DNA from: a virus
Taxonomy: Duplodnaviria > Caudoviricetes
Length of the DNA stretch: 56,899 nucleotides
Direction: 5' to 3' (one strand)
Virus record (IMG/VR): IMGVR_UViG_3300010400_000024
Location: 1 to 56,899 of that record
Below the pieces are notes generated by a model that saw nothing but the letters and a program-made list of their open reading frames with translations, searched no databases and was not told where the DNA came from. Below, one piece after another: positions 17,769 to 28,723 of the stretch. How positions within the stretch are numbered: position 1 is the stretch's first letter; each line of letters begins with the position of its first letter. The translations under genes and the position numbers were made by a program.

Positions 17769-18009
17769 CTTCCATTCCTCTAAGGGCATCGAATGCATCG
17801 GTTGCAATCTTTGCACCATGTAGGGCCGTACGACGCCATGCGTTCTTTTCGTTCTCCATCTTCCTAAAACGATCCTGTAACTCTTTGTAGTGCCATCCAA
17901 ACACCCACCACCTTCTATAGCCACCATAGATAATGAGGATAAGAATTACAACTACGCTAGCCTTAGAAACGTAATCCAGCAAAGTCAATGAGTCTGAAAA
18001 AATCATCAC
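17758..18009 (-). CDS. membrane protein (holin/lysis accessory)
   Basis: one TM followed by RRWWVFGW and coiled coil. Confidence 0.55.
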   Translation of the reverse strand: MMIFSDSLTLLDYVSKASVVVILILIIYGGYRRWWVFGWHYKELQDRFRKMENEKNAWRRTALHGAKIATDAFDALRGMEDAP

Positions 18010-18419
18010 TGTTCTGCTCTAAATGAAATGTTTGCTAAAGAGAAAGATACGTTTGATCCTGCATAAGGCGTTACGACGCCATTTGTATCAACCGATGCAG
18101 CAGCAAACAGTGCATTTGACACACAAGCGAACCGCATGATCTTTAAGGGTCTAAATCCTACTGGCAACGTTAAAGCAGTAGACGGAACTGTGCCTGATTT
18201 TATGACCCCTTTGAGCAATACTATGCCTGAGCTAGTTCTTGAGTAAGCAGCGGTATCTTCTGAACCACCGAAGTTTACCCACGTACCTGCTAATGTTGGC
18301 GCTATCCAATCAATTGCACGATCTAGTCCACGAAGCGTAGTAAGCATATCATCATGCTCACGCAACTGGCGTTGCAGTTGACCGATGATATCGGCGCTAG
18401 AGCGAGAGCGTTCCATCAT
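18006..18419 (-). CDS. tail fibre/tip-associated protein
   Basis: WIAPTL..W, GIVLLKGVIK, TLPVGFRP motif typical of fibre C-terminal domains. Confidence 0.7.
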   Translation of the reverse strand: MMERSRSSADIIGQLQRQLREHDDMLTTLRGLDRAIDWIAPTLAGTWVNFGGSEDTAAYSRTSSGIVLLKGVIKSGTVPSTALTLPVGFRPLKIMRFACVSNALFAAASVDTNGVVTPYAGSNVSFSLANISFRAEQ

Positions 18420-20940
18420 CCACCGTTAGTGACCATTCTTCGTCGCCCTCATCAGTAGGCGTACATTGAATACCAACAACACGCATATCCTGATCTATGA
18501 ATTCGTACCCTGTATCACCAAAAACCCCCACAGTGTCTCCGAGAGAAATCTGTGTCCAAACATCAATCGTATCTTTAACGACTGTTAGGGTTATCTCTCT
18601 ATGAGGGGTAGCGTTTCTTGCGGCTTCTGACTGAGTTTGGCTGATTAGATCAGCTTCGGCTGTTACCTCAGCAAAATCAACTGATGTATCAAGCCGTCTA
18701 AAGGTAGCTGCTTCAACTGAATTGACAATAACGCCTGCCCTCGATGAACTTGTTTGAGCAGTTCCCAACGTATGCGTACCTGTGGGGCCTCTATTGTTAT
18801 AACTCATTTTATAGATGTTTTTGCCTTGTTCCAAAACAATTCCACTTGGCCCGCCTCTTTGTGGAGAATAGATGTTAACCTTCTTATCCCAAGAAATATC
18901 GAAATCGAATCCGGGCGTCTGCTTTGCAAGGTTAACAATCTTGCTATGCATATCTTCATTATCGTTGGCTTCGATCTTATAATTTATCAGGTGACCAATT
19001 GCTACTATTGTACTTAAGTCGAGTACAAGCGAATTAGCCTCAGCCTGAATTCTAGTCAACAAGTCCTTCACAACTAGAGCGATATCTCTATCCGCCTGAA
19101 GGTAAAGATCAACTAGAGGGTTATCAGGATCAAAGGGCCATTGTCTCAATTCAAGATAATGTCCCCAATCAAGTCCTGCTACTTGAACAAGTCCTGCTTC
19201 TATATCGTCAATACTAACGGCTGTATGCAATCCTCCCATAACGGGGGTAGTACCACGAAAAAGAACAAAATCTGTAACATACGGATAGAGGTTCTCCGTG
19301 GTGCAGAGAGGATGAAGTACATCCAAGTCATAGTTGCAATAACCAACTCTATTTAGATAAATAGCGAAGTCCAGATTTTTAGGGTACACATCACCGAGAG
19401 CCATACCTTGATGAGTAAAGTGAGTTATTGACCAATACGTTACTTTAGGTTCTACTGGAGGAGGCCCAGCCGAAGGAACTATTTTTCCTCCACCCTGAAA
19501 TGGAGGCGCGGGAGGTACTTCTAAAGTTGTTGAAGGTGTTAGTTTAAGAAGTACTGTAGCAGCATCAGTAGTTGGCCCTGTTGGTATATCTACACCACTA
19601 GGAGTTAACTTCAATAATGCTGTTGCAGCATCTACGCCTGCTTCAAGTTCAGCAGCACTCGGAGTTAGTTTAAGAGGTACGGTCGCGGCATCAGTACTAA
19701 CACCAGTCTGAGTATCAGTTCCCGAAGGCGTTAGTTTAAGGAGTACTGTGGCAGCATCAATGTTAGTGGGGTTATCACCGAATGCAACAGCGATAAATTC
19801 ACGCGCTGTTCCGTTAGATGTGCCCCAGTTAAGCGTGTAACCATCAGAATCAAAAGAAGAAATAGTTGCATCATTATTGGGGCTACCTTGAGTAGCAGCA
19901 TGACGCAGCGCAGCACTTACCGTACCAGACACATTTGAATCTGAAGGATTAACGTTATCTAATGCTCCGAACCATGTAGTTCCTTGATTAGTACCATCGG
20001 TCGCACCAATGCTTAAGAAAGCATCACCCAAATCGAGTGAAGTACTAGCAACCTTGTTATTACCGAAGAACAAAAGACCTTTAGGTGTGAAGCCGACACC
20101 CGTTTTGGCTTGGGTACCAGAAGTTGTTTTCTGTGTATCAACCCCAACAAAATAACGTCCACCCTTTAGAGCTAAGAATGGGAATTGGTCGCCACCAGCA
20201 AAAGTAGAAAAATTGATTGTGAAACCATCACTATCAAAAGAAACAAAATCTGCTTCAATTGAAAGGTTATCCTGGTTGGTATATACAGTTGCAAATGCTT
20301 TATTGCTTCTTTGGTAAGTGGCGGATTGTGAAGGAATAAGATTATCTCGATCACGAACCAAAGTAGTGGCTCTCTGTGAAGTAGATGCCATTGCACTAAG
20401 ATGAAAGTTTAGACCGGCTTCCGCGAAATTGCTTGGATCATTATCACCTGTTATAAGAACGAAATCAGGTTGAAAACCAACCCCCGTAACTGCAAAATTT
20501 CCCGATGCGGTTGGATCAGTAAATTCACCTACGAAAGCATTGGTAATATCACTTCCACCCAAAGCCAGGTAATGAACATGCTTGTTCAATCCAAAAGCAG
20601 TTACGCTTAGTGTAAACCCATCAGAGTCCATGCTAGTTAGATCAGCAATCCATTGTTCGTTTCCAGTACCACCGGGAACGCTTAGGATTCTATCGTTTCG
20701 GTATAGACGGCTCGTGTCTGTTGGGTTAACTGCATCCATTGAAATAACGCCTACACAACCTCTTTGTGAAGAACTGACACCAAACCCAAAAGCTATCACA
20801 CCGTTGGTACCGAACCCAACAGCACTCTGACCATTACACCAAAGAATTAGGGCTTTAGGTTGAAAACCTAAACCTGTGATAGCTTGGCTGCCGGTACTAG
20901 CTCTACCGGAAAAAGCGCCCTTAGAGGTAAGCAGAGACAT
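18397..20940 (-). CDS. minor tail protein: repeated beta domain, DAATVLLKLTPS repeats, ReqiPepy6-gp37-like C-terminal domain
   Basis: GLGFQPK/GVGFQPD/GVGFTPK + DSDGFT triple repeat; four ~22-aa repeats; C-terminal hub-like domain; tail module position. Confidence 0.7.
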   Translation of the reverse strand: MSLLTSKGAFSGRASTGSQAITGLGFQPKALILWCNGQSAVGFGTNGVIAFGFGVSSSQRGCVGVISMDAVNPTDTSRLYRNDRILSVPGGTGNEQWIADLTSMDSDGFTLSVTAFGLNKHVHYLALGGSDITNAFVGEFTDPTASGNFAVTGVGFQPDFVLITGDNDPSNFAEAGLNFHLSAMASTSQRATTLVRDRDNLIPSQSATYQRSNKAFATVYTNQDNLSIEADFVSFDSDGFTINFSTFAGGDQFPFLALKGGRYFVGVDTQKTTSGTQAKTGVGFTPKGLLFFGNNKVASTSLDLGDAFLSIGATDGTNQGTTWFGALDNVNPSDSNVSGTVSAALRHAATQGSPNNDATISSFDSDGYTLNWGTSNGTAREFIAVAFGDNPTNIDAATVLLKLTPSGTDTQTGVSTDAATVPLKLTPSAAELEAGVDAATALLKLTPSGVDIPTGPTTDAATVLLKLTPSTTLEVPPAPPFQGGGKIVPSAGPPPVEPKVTYWSITHFTHQGMALGDVYPKNLDFAIYLNRVGYCNYDLDVLHPLCTTENLYPYVTDFVLFRGTTPVMGGLHTAVSIDDIEAGLVQVAGLDWGHYLELRQWPFDPDNPLVDLYLQADRDIALVVKDLLTRIQAEANSLVLDLSTIVAIGHLINYKIEANDNEDMHSKIVNLAKQTPGFDFDISWDKKVNIYSPQRGGPSGIVLEQGKNIYKMSYNNRGPTGTHTLGTAQTSSSRAGVIVNSVEAATFRRLDTSVDFAEVTAEADLISQTQSEAARNATPHREITLTVVKDTIDVWTQISLGDTVGVFGDTGYEFIDQDMRVVGIQCTPTDEGDEEWSLTVDDGTLSL

Positions 20941-21296
20941 TAAGCTAGTAGAGCCCTACCAGCATCAGTGATAACCCATCCAGCATCTATTACTTGAGTT
21001 ACCGTTTCAATCTGTAGATTTCCATCCTCATCTGTTAGAGGAACTACTGAGTCGTTCTCGATTACAGGATTACCTGCAATATCTCTTTCTACTTGGATAA
21101 TGTCAGTAGATTCTTCTACTGTGAAGAATTCAACGTATTCCATTTCTTGCAATTCAGTTAACGCCTTTTCGATTCCTTCAATATCTTCAATCCCTTGACT
21201 GACAAACGCACTAGCATAGGGAGAGCATAGATAACCCGATGATTGCCAACTCAACACTTGTAGAACTGCTGCCTGCATTGAAGTCAAATCAGCCAT
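20940..21296 (-). CDS. hypothetical acidic protein
   Basis: ORF in tail operon. Confidence 0.55.
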   Translation of the reverse strand: MADLTSMQAAVLQVLSWQSSGYLCSPYASAFVSQGIEDIEGIEKALTELQEMEYVEFFTVEESTDIIQVERDIAGNPVIENDSVVPLTDEDGNLQIETVTQVIDAGWVITDAGRALLA

Positions 21297-21720
21297 TTTT
21301 TCTCCTGTGCATCAGAAATGCTAGTGCGAAACGGGTACCACTTTCTACACGCTGTACTCGATGCATCATGTTACTTTCAAAGACAACAGCTCTGCCACGC
21401 TTATGCTCAAACAGTTTGTCCTTGATTTCCAAACCGCCATCTGAATCGTTTAGAGCATAAACGAGCGAATAGTCATCTGGACGGATTCCTTCGTTATGCC
21501 ATCCATATCCATCAACCGGGCCTTGTGTAACTGTCATCCAAGGACTTGTATGAAGCTCTGTAAACTCAAAGCCCTCACACCTTGCAAGAAGTTGATTTGC
21601 GAGGGTATTCACACCAGGCAAGACTTCTTCCAACTCAGGATTGTAGATGAAGTTAAACTCTTCCCTCTGAGGGATACCACTAAGATCAAGCTCATGTGGG
21701 TAGTGAAATACCGTAATCAT
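21289..21720 (-). CDS. 2OG-Fe(II) oxygenase (prolyl-hydroxylase-like)
   Basis: YGWHNE, GGLEI, AVVFESNMMHRV, GTRFAL. Confidence 0.8.
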   Translation of the reverse strand: MITVFHYPHELDLSGIPQREEFNFIYNPELEEVLPGVNTLANQLLARCEGFEFTELHTSPWMTVTQGPVDGYGWHNEGIRPDDYSLVYALNDSDGGLEIKDKLFEHKRGRAVVFESNMMHRVQRVESGTRFALAFLMHRRKNG

Positions 21721-22787
21721 GCTACACGACTAAGCTTTGACTTGGTGATGTAAGCAGGAGTATCGGTAGGCTCTGACCCTGTTTGTGGGCCAACGGTGAT
21801 ACCAGTCGTCTTGGTGTCAGTGTTAGTAGGTGTGTTACCGCTACCCGGTGAGTATGTACCACCACCCGGCCCTGAAGTACCGAAGGCAAACTGTGATGTA
21901 TGGAAATGGCCCGGATCAGTTACAGTATGCTTATGCTTCATACGTCTAACGCCGATAGCCAATCCGTCACTATCACCAATCGCATCGTGATCGGCATGAC
22001 CACCTGACGGGGCGTAGCAAACTGCTGTACGACTTCTTGAATCTGGCAAGTTAACAGTCGTACTGCCATCACCCACACCGAACGTTGTTCCAATTCTAGC
22101 AAACCATGTTGAGTAAGTAGTACGGCTAATCGCACTACCATCTTCAAGGAGATAAGTACCTTCTGTGAGGGGTGGAGGCGTAATTGAATTCCACTCAAGA
22201 CTTCCGCCTACGGGGAATCCTCCACCTAGAGCAAGACCAGCACCTACCGCTACGAACGTTCGCATATCTCTAACGTTTGCAGCAGTAGAAGTCAATGAAC
22301 CAGCAGCAGCAGGCACAAGAATGTAAGCGAGTAGAAGAACACTCTTAGAAGCCTCACCGAGCGTTGTCAAGTTAGCTGCACCGTTAGCATTAGCCAAGGT
22401 AGCACCAGCAGTAGGAGTGCCAGGAACAACCTCAATACGCGCTTCACTAAACCCTGACGAGTCATGTGCTGTATCCATGACTCGCAAAATAAAGCTGTCA
22501 ATACGTGGTAACGTTGCATGACCAGCACCAACAGCAAGATCGGTATTAGATGTGACATACTGCCTATACATACCCTGGTCGGCAACGTTCTGACCAAGGA
22601 TATAAGCAGTACCAGCAGCGGCTCTACACGTAAGCCCTGAAACGAAGGTAACTGCATAACTACCAGCGCCCACAACGCCCGGACTCATTATGTCTGCAAA
22701 CCATTTTCTGTCCGATCTTGCATCATAGCTCTTAGGCTGAAGATACAGTGGATCGGGAGTAAGCACAGCTTGCGTATAAACTGCCAT
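21717..22787 (-). CDS. minor tail protein with tail-collar domain
   Basis: LPRIDS..GTP N-terminal domain; FPVG...DGSAISRTTYSTWFARIGTTFGVGDGSTTVNLPD collar motif. Confidence 0.8.
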   Translation of the reverse strand: MAVYTQAVLTPDPLYLQPKSYDARSDRKWFADIMSPGVVGAGSYAVTFVSGLTCRAAAGTAYILGQNVADQGMYRQYVTSNTDLAVGAGHATLPRIDSFILRVMDTAHDSSGFSEARIEVVPGTPTAGATLANANGAANLTTLGEASKSVLLLAYILVPAAAGSLTSTAANVRDMRTFVAVGAGLALGGGFPVGGSLEWNSITPPPLTEGTYLLEDGSAISRTTYSTWFARIGTTFGVGDGSTTVNLPDSRSRTAVCYAPSGGHADHDAIGDSDGLAIGVRRMKHKHTVTDPGHFHTSQFAFGTSGPGGGTYSPGSGNTPTNTDTKTTGITVGPQTGSEPTDTPAYITKSKLSRVA

Positions 22788-22796
22788 TCTCCCTCC

Positions 22797-23678
22797 TTAA
22801 ATCATGTAGGCATTACGAAACATTACATTACAATGCGAAGCTGTTGTACCTGAATCTGCTACATAGCGGATAGTATTAGTTAGTTGTGGTTCTAATGCCC
22901 ACCAATCTGATCCAATGGCATAGTTATACACATTGCCACTACCATTAAGAATGGCAGTATGCTTTCCGAAATCAACTGTAACGTAATCCGTAGCACTTGA
23001 AATTGTCAGCCCATTAAGAACGAAATACTTGATTTTACCATCGCCTCTGAACAAAACCAAACGAGGACTTGTACAAGGCCCGTAAAATGTAACTACCGGG
23101 TAAGTTTCAATATCACCTGTGTTGCTGATAACCGTATCATTACCGCCAACTGCAACATCGTAGATTTTGTTGTAGGTTTTATTGTAGGTTCTACCACCAA
23201 CGTTTTCAGTAGCGCCAAATGGTAGATCAACCGAATACCAAGCACCATAAAGACGCGGATCAAACGCTTTGAAGTTAACCTGATATTTACCGGCGCTAGG
23301 ACTCAAAGCAGCCAAAGGCATTTCAGGCCAACCATCAATAGTACACTCAGAAGTCAAATCCTCGTTATACCCTGTAAACCTTATTGTTAGAGTACCAACT
23401 TGTGTATACCCTAAATGAGGTCTAGGCAAACAAGCCCGAATAAACTTTCTTCTTCTAGTCCAGTAATCAGCTGAAGTGTTTTCTAGGATATCTCCACTAC
23501 AATGAAACAACCTTTTACCGAGCCAAGTCATGCCAGGATAGATACCATGTTCTTGGGACTTGGTTTTTTCATTGAAACGCATATCGACTTCAGTAGTAAA
23601 CTCGTTAAAAGGAACAAACTGGTCATTGAAGTCAATACTGTTACCTAGCACATTAGTAAACTTAGCAGATTCAATCAT
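22797..23678 (-). CDS. distal tail protein (Dit-like)
   Basis: directly after the tape measure; FKAFDPRLYG, NTGDIETYPVVTFYGP. Confidence 0.75.
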   Translation of the reverse strand: MIESAKFTNVLGNSIDFNDQFVPFNEFTTEVDMRFNEKTKSQEHGIYPGMTWLGKRLFHCSGDILENTSADYWTRRRKFIRACLPRPHLGYTQVGTLTIRFTGYNEDLTSECTIDGWPEMPLAALSPSAGKYQVNFKAFDPRLYGAWYSVDLPFGATENVGGRTYNKTYNKIYDVAVGGNDTVISNTGDIETYPVVTFYGPCTSPRLVLFRGDGKIKYFVLNGLTISSATDYVTVDFGKHTAILNGSGNVYNYAIGSDWWALEPQLTNTIRYVADSGTTASHCNVMFRNAYMI

Positions 23679-26600
23679 CAGTCGGTTCTCCTATTAACAA
23701 GTCTAAACGTGGCTTTCTCCAAGGTAGCAGGCAGGCTTTCGCCTTGTGCCTGATTAACTGTCAAGTTGTAAATCTGATTAGCGGGAGGATTAACTAGCGT
23801 AGAAATAACACCACCACTACTACCAGTACCGATATGTGCTGGCCCTTCAGCACCAGTAGGTCTATTAGGTGGTGGTGCAGGAAGCTGGTTTTCCTCGATT
23901 AGACTCTTAACGATTTCAGTGAAGTAATCCTTGAGGTAGTCGCCTTGTGACCTAATACCCCTAACGATGTTCTGAGCGATGTTCACACCGTAATCGAACC
24001 ACAAGTCCAACTGCTGATTCAGGTGCTTCAATGTATCGGTGGTAATCGTATCTTCCTTCTCCTGCCACATCTTAACGTACTTATCCAACTGCCCTGCTGT
24101 CATATTGTTCAATGCGTTCAGCATTGGGATAGCTTGTGGCCCGAGTTGACTTAGCTGCTCGATAAGCGCAGGTGGAAGTCCCTTGTCAATAAGACCTTGC
24201 AACAAGTCCTGATACGTGTTCCACTGATCCATCTGAGTCTGCAAGTCGTTAATCAAATCTTCGCCAGTAAGCTCTTTCGGATACTGCAACGCAGCCATTT
24301 GCTGCATAACATCAGCAATTTGCTTAACGATATCAGACATACGAGCCATAATATCAGACGTATCCACCGTTGTCTTATTAGCGATAGCTTGCATCTGATT
24401 CTGCCCGTCTTGCCACGTTGCGACATACTGAGTTATCTGCTGGTCTGTACCGCTATTCAGGACTTCAAGTTTATCTACAGCTTCGGGGCCTAAAGCCTCT
24501 AGTTGTTTAGCCAACTCAGGAGGAACCTTACTCGCTAGTGAGACAAGCAATTCACGCCAACGCCTAAACTTGTCTACCTGACTTTGCAAGTCTTTCTGCA
24601 AATCGTCAAAGCCTAGCTTCTTGCCCCATTCAAGTTTAGTTTGGACAGTCGCGCTAGCAAGCCAATCTCCACCAAAGAGTTGACCAAACGCTTGCTGCAA
24701 CTCGTCCTTACGCGCTGCAATTGCATCAATCAATCGCTGTGATGCTTCTCTCTGAGCATCAACCAACTGATTGTTCAAGTCTCCTATTTGGCCCTGGAAG
24801 TCTTTGATCTGACTAGCATAAGCAGCTCTGGCATCCTTAAGACCCTGACCGTAAGTAGCAGGATCAATACCCGCAAATAGATCACCGAACTGAGTAGCAG
24901 TTGTTTCTCTCAACGACGTATACATATCTTGGATAGTTGAGAGCAACGAGTCATGGAAATCTTTAGTTGCTTTCTTGATATCTGCTTGCGTAGCACGCAC
25001 ACTCCGCTTAACCTGAGCATTCGCCCTAAGCCAAGCTTGAACGTATCTACGCAATTCCTTCTCACTCATGTTTGCAATCTGAGCAATAAACTTAGCTGCT
25101 TGCGGCCCCTGTGCAGCCAACTCATCAATCAGCTCTTTCGGTACATGCCTCTTTGTAAGTTTAGCGATAGCGTTGTTGAATTGAGTCAGCGTACCAGTCT
25201 GAATCTTGATATCACCGATTAGCAAAGCATCGCTAATCTTCTTCTTACCTTCCTGAGCCTTCTGTATTGCTGCACTTGTGAAGAACTCGATACTAGCTGT
25301 GGCAGCAGTTTCAAGCATTCCAACGTTCTTCAAGATACCTTGGGTGATACCTTGCATCATTGGCTTACCAACTTCTTGTGCCATAACTGATGATGGTGAC
25401 TTGATACCCAAGGTGTTCTTAAACTGATTGACCGTTACGTCCCTTACGACGCTTTGGTGAACAGCAGGCATACCAGCTTGGATGCCCGCAGTAATGCTTG
25501 CACCGATACTCGCTAGTTCTCCACTCCCAGGAGGATGCACCTTAATGTGTGCATTGATAGGCTTCATAGCGTTCTGCGCTACTTGTTGAGCCTTCTTGAC
25601 TTGTGGTGCTGCACTTGGGAACGTAAAGGCAGGAAAGCGTAAAGCTTTAGGTACAGTTCGTTGTGCCGCTTTCAGTTTCGCTGTAGCCTTATCGTCTGCC
25701 TCTATCTTAATCCTTTGAGCCTTAACGCCTCTGAAGATAGCACCGATCTTACCAGGCAACGCGCGAGCAGAAGCAGGATCAAGTTCAGCTTTGATAACAG
25801 CGCGAATCTCTGGAATGGTTAGCATCCGTCCCATTCCCTTTGCAACGTTAAACAAGTCACCCATGATCTTGTTGGTGGGCATCTTAAACTCACCTAGTTT
25901 TGCCCATCCCTTAACGATCTGATCAAACGATCTTTGAACGCCTGCCGAACTTGCTACAGCCTGTGCTGTTAAAGCTCTAAACTGATTCTGCAAGTCAGCG
26001 ATCTGACCACGGATTGCCCCACTAGCTCTGATACCACCGGGAGTCTGCAAGAATGCTTGTAGCCTAGCAATCTCTTGTGAAAGACCTTTCGCCTTATCTC
26101 TAATCGCAACGAAAGAGCCAAGCTGCTTTGCGAACGCATTAAACTGTATGTTGTTCTTCTGTGTTGCAGCAGCCAACGCATTCATAGCGTTAGCACGATC
26201 CATCGTCAACGATTTAAGCTGATCGAGAATTGCAAGCCTTTGTGCGCCTCTAGCACCTGCTAGTTGCTTAGTGAGAGAAGCAATCTCTCTATTGATTCCT
26301 CGGATACTTATTCTAGAACGCTCCACATCTTCAGTTGAACCGACTAGCTGTTGAAACACGTCGCCAAACTTACGTGGAGCAGCACCAATGTCGAAAGCTT
26401 CCTTAACTCTCTTTGCTTCTCCTGCTACTGCCATCATGTGTAGCTTCCACAGTAGGAGTCCACCACCTATTGCTGCAACTATTCCAGCAATAGGAGCTAT
26501 TGCTGCTCCCAATCCTGTAGCACCAGCAGCCGCACCCGCGAACATACCTCTAAGCCCACCAGCCGCCATACCAACCCTAGCGCCAGCAGCCATGTTACCA

Positions 26601-28723
26601 CCAATACCAAGCAAGCCACTAATTACACCACCACGTCCTACAGTTAGTTGTGCGGCGGCAAGCCCTCTCATAGCGCCAGTTAGTTTAACCGCAGCAACGG
26701 CAGCAATACCCAACGTTATCGCAAAGCCTTGCCATGAACCGAAGGCGAAGTTAGTGATTACATCAAGAACGTCAGTTAACGCTGTGATATGACCAGTCAA
26801 AGCAGCAGCAGTTAGTCCTACAAGGACGAACATTGCGCTAAGACTACCCATCAGCCCTATATAACGCCCAAAGAAACTAAACATTCTTATCAAGGTTCCA
26901 GAGACAAATGCCAACGCACCACCAACTAGCATAAATACAGCAGCGTAAGCAGCCCAACGCCCAACCATGTTCTTAGTACCTTCATCCAACTTCTGCCACC
27001 AGTGAACTATTCTTTCAAGGTAAGGTGCCATCTGTAGCAGCGCAGGCACCACAGAAGCGCCAATTGCCAACGCCAACGCCTTCAACTGATTTACGAATAC
27101 ACCCCACCTAACACCAGTGGTTTTTTCCATTGCTTTCAAAGACTCTGTGAATTCGTTATGATCCTTCTTCACATCGCCTAGCATCTGCATATACGAGCGT
27201 CCATCCTTACCAGCTTTATCAAAGAATTGAACCAAGAAGGTAAACGCTCTACGTGCTTGAATCGTTCCGGTATTACCACCGATGTTTTTAAAGAAGTTCA
27301 TTGCATCGGTTCCACCACGACGCAACTGTGGGAACTTCGTTACGATCTTACCAATGATTTCATGCAGAGGTAGCAGATGATGAGTGGCATCCTCAACCGT
27401 GATACCAACATCTTTCAAGCCTTTGAGCATCTTCGGACTTGACAACGCTTCTAGAACGCGAGCAAATCCTACACGCGCTTTTGCAACATCTAGGTGCCGT
27501 GTCAAGAATGCGAAGGTACCAATCATTTCATCAAATGACTGGTTAGCTGCTCTTGCTGCGGGAGCAATCGTACTCATTGAAGTAGCAAACTGCTCAAACG
27601 TTATTCTGCCGAAACGAACAGCAGCAAAAGACTTCTGCATCTTGTTAGGCAAGTCAGCCATTCCGCCCTTAAAGTTGTTCAGGACGGTAATGCCCATATC
27701 AGTAGCAACCTGAACAGTAGTCATTCCTGCTACTGCTGCCTGTGCGAACAGCTTTAGAGCTTTGCGTCCACCAGCAAAGCTTACACTGGTAGACGAGTAA
27801 ATGTCATAAGCTGCTTTAGAAAAATCATCCGCTTGAGCCGGGAACTGCGTCATCAAAGAGCGGATATCTTCCTGAAGAACCTTAGAGTTCGCAGCGGTAT
27901 CTTTGAAGCTTTGTCCCGCCTTACGAGTCTGTGTAGCTGCAAGAGTTACACTAGTGTCGAACTTAGCTGCATTGTTCGCCATAACAGCCAAAGTGCCGCC
28001 GAGGACAAGTCCTGCATATTGCGCGATTCTTGCACTATGCTGAAGTATTCGTCCACCGGCGGCAACTTTGTCCCAACGAGCATCGCTCATTGCTTTGTTG
28101 TTAGCCGCTATTTGGGCTGTATTTAGTCGTAATCGGTCGCCGTAAGTAGCAATACGGTTACGCAACACATCGGCTCTAGCAGCAGCTTCTGCTTCTCTTG
28201 CTGACAACGCTTGGAGTGCCATGCTCTGCTTAGTTACAGAAGCACTAGCAACGTCCATCTGTCTTGCAAGATAAGCCTGCTTTGCAGCCAATCTCTCTGA
28301 ATCAATCCGTGCTGCTTTCAAACGCATTGAAAGTTCATCACGTATTGCAGAAGAAGGAGCTAACCTTCTACCACGTTCGAGTCTACTCATCTGAGCCTGA
28401 TTACGAAGCACTTGTGCTTCTCTACCAGCCTGAGAATCTGTAACTCTAGCAACTCTTAGTTTAGCGTTAGCTAATGCGTTCTCGGCAGCAAGTCTATCAC
28501 GCGCCATACCAATAGCACGTTTACCTGTTTCTAGAGATTTCAACTCGTTTGCAGCTATTTGTCTACCTAGCTGCATTTGGTTACGAGCAATTTGAAGAGA
28601 TTGTCCACGCGCTCTTAAACCGCCCATCGTGGACAACCCCTTCAAATCGCCAGCAACGCGACGCAAGGCTCCACTAGCCTGATTCTGTGCTCTGACTATC
28701 AGTAGTAGTTCGCTCGCTCGCAT
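23678..28723 (-). CDS. tape measure protein
   Basis: 1681 aa, Ala-rich helical, TP901-type core, hydrophobic central region. Confidence 0.95.
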   Translation of the reverse strand: MRASELLLIVRAQNQASGALRRVAGDLKGLSTMGGLRARGQSLQIARNQMQLGRQIAANELKSLETGKRAIGMARDRLAAENALANAKLRVARVTDSQAGREAQVLRNQAQMSRLERGRRLAPSSAIRDELSMRLKAARIDSERLAAKQAYLARQMDVASASVTKQSMALQALSAREAEAAARADVLRNRIATYGDRLRLNTAQIAANNKAMSDARWDKVAAGGRILQHSARIAQYAGLVLGGTLAVMANNAAKFDTSVTLAATQTRKAGQSFKDTAANSKVLQEDIRSLMTQFPAQADDFSKAAYDIYSSTSVSFAGGRKALKLFAQAAVAGMTTVQVATDMGITVLNNFKGGMADLPNKMQKSFAAVRFGRITFEQFATSMSTIAPAARAANQSFDEMIGTFAFLTRHLDVAKARVGFARVLEALSSPKMLKGLKDVGITVEDATHHLLPLHEIIGKIVTKFPQLRRGGTDAMNFFKNIGGNTGTIQARRAFTFLVQFFDKAGKDGRSYMQMLGDVKKDHNEFTESLKAMEKTTGVRWGVFVNQLKALALAIGASVVPALLQMAPYLERIVHWWQKLDEGTKNMVGRWAAYAAVFMLVGGALAFVSGTLIRMFSFFGRYIGLMGSLSAMFVLVGLTAAALTGHITALTDVLDVITNFAFGSWQGFAITLGIAAVAAVKLTGAMRGLAAAQLTVGRGGVISGLLGIGGNMAAGARVGMAAGGLRGMFAGAAAGATGLGAAIAPIAGIVAAIGGGLLLWKLHMMAVAGEAKRVKEAFDIGAAPRKFGDVFQQLVGSTEDVERSRISIRGINREIASLTKQLAGARGAQRLAILDQLKSLTMDRANAMNALAAATQKNNIQFNAFAKQLGSFVAIRDKAKGLSQEIARLQAFLQTPGGIRASGAIRGQIADLQNQFRALTAQAVASSAGVQRSFDQIVKGWAKLGEFKMPTNKIMGDLFNVAKGMGRMLTIPEIRAVIKAELDPASARALPGKIGAIFRGVKAQRIKIEADDKATAKLKAAQRTVPKALRFPAFTFPSAAPQVKKAQQVAQNAMKPINAHIKVHPPGSGELASIGASITAGIQAGMPAVHQSVVRDVTVNQFKNTLGIKSPSSVMAQEVGKPMMQGITQGILKNVGMLETAATASIEFFTSAAIQKAQEGKKKISDALLIGDIKIQTGTLTQFNNAIAKLTKRHVPKELIDELAAQGPQAAKFIAQIANMSEKELRRYVQAWLRANAQVKRSVRATQADIKKATKDFHDSLLSTIQDMYTSLRETTATQFGDLFAGIDPATYGQGLKDARAAYASQIKDFQGQIGDLNNQLVDAQREASQRLIDAIAARKDELQQAFGQLFGGDWLASATVQTKLEWGKKLGFDDLQKDLQSQVDKFRRWRELLVSLASKVPPELAKQLEALGPEAVDKLEVLNSGTDQQITQYVATWQDGQNQMQAIANKTTVDTSDIMARMSDIVKQIADVMQQMAALQYPKELTGEDLINDLQTQMDQWNTYQDLLQGLIDKGLPPALIEQLSQLGPQAIPMLNALNNMTAGQLDKYVKMWQEKEDTITTDTLKHLNQQLDLWFDYGVNIAQNIVRGIRSQGDYLKDYFTEIVKSLIEENQLPAPPPNRPTGAEGPAHIGTGSSGGVISTLVNPPANQIYNLTVNQAQGESLPATLEKATFRLVNRRTD

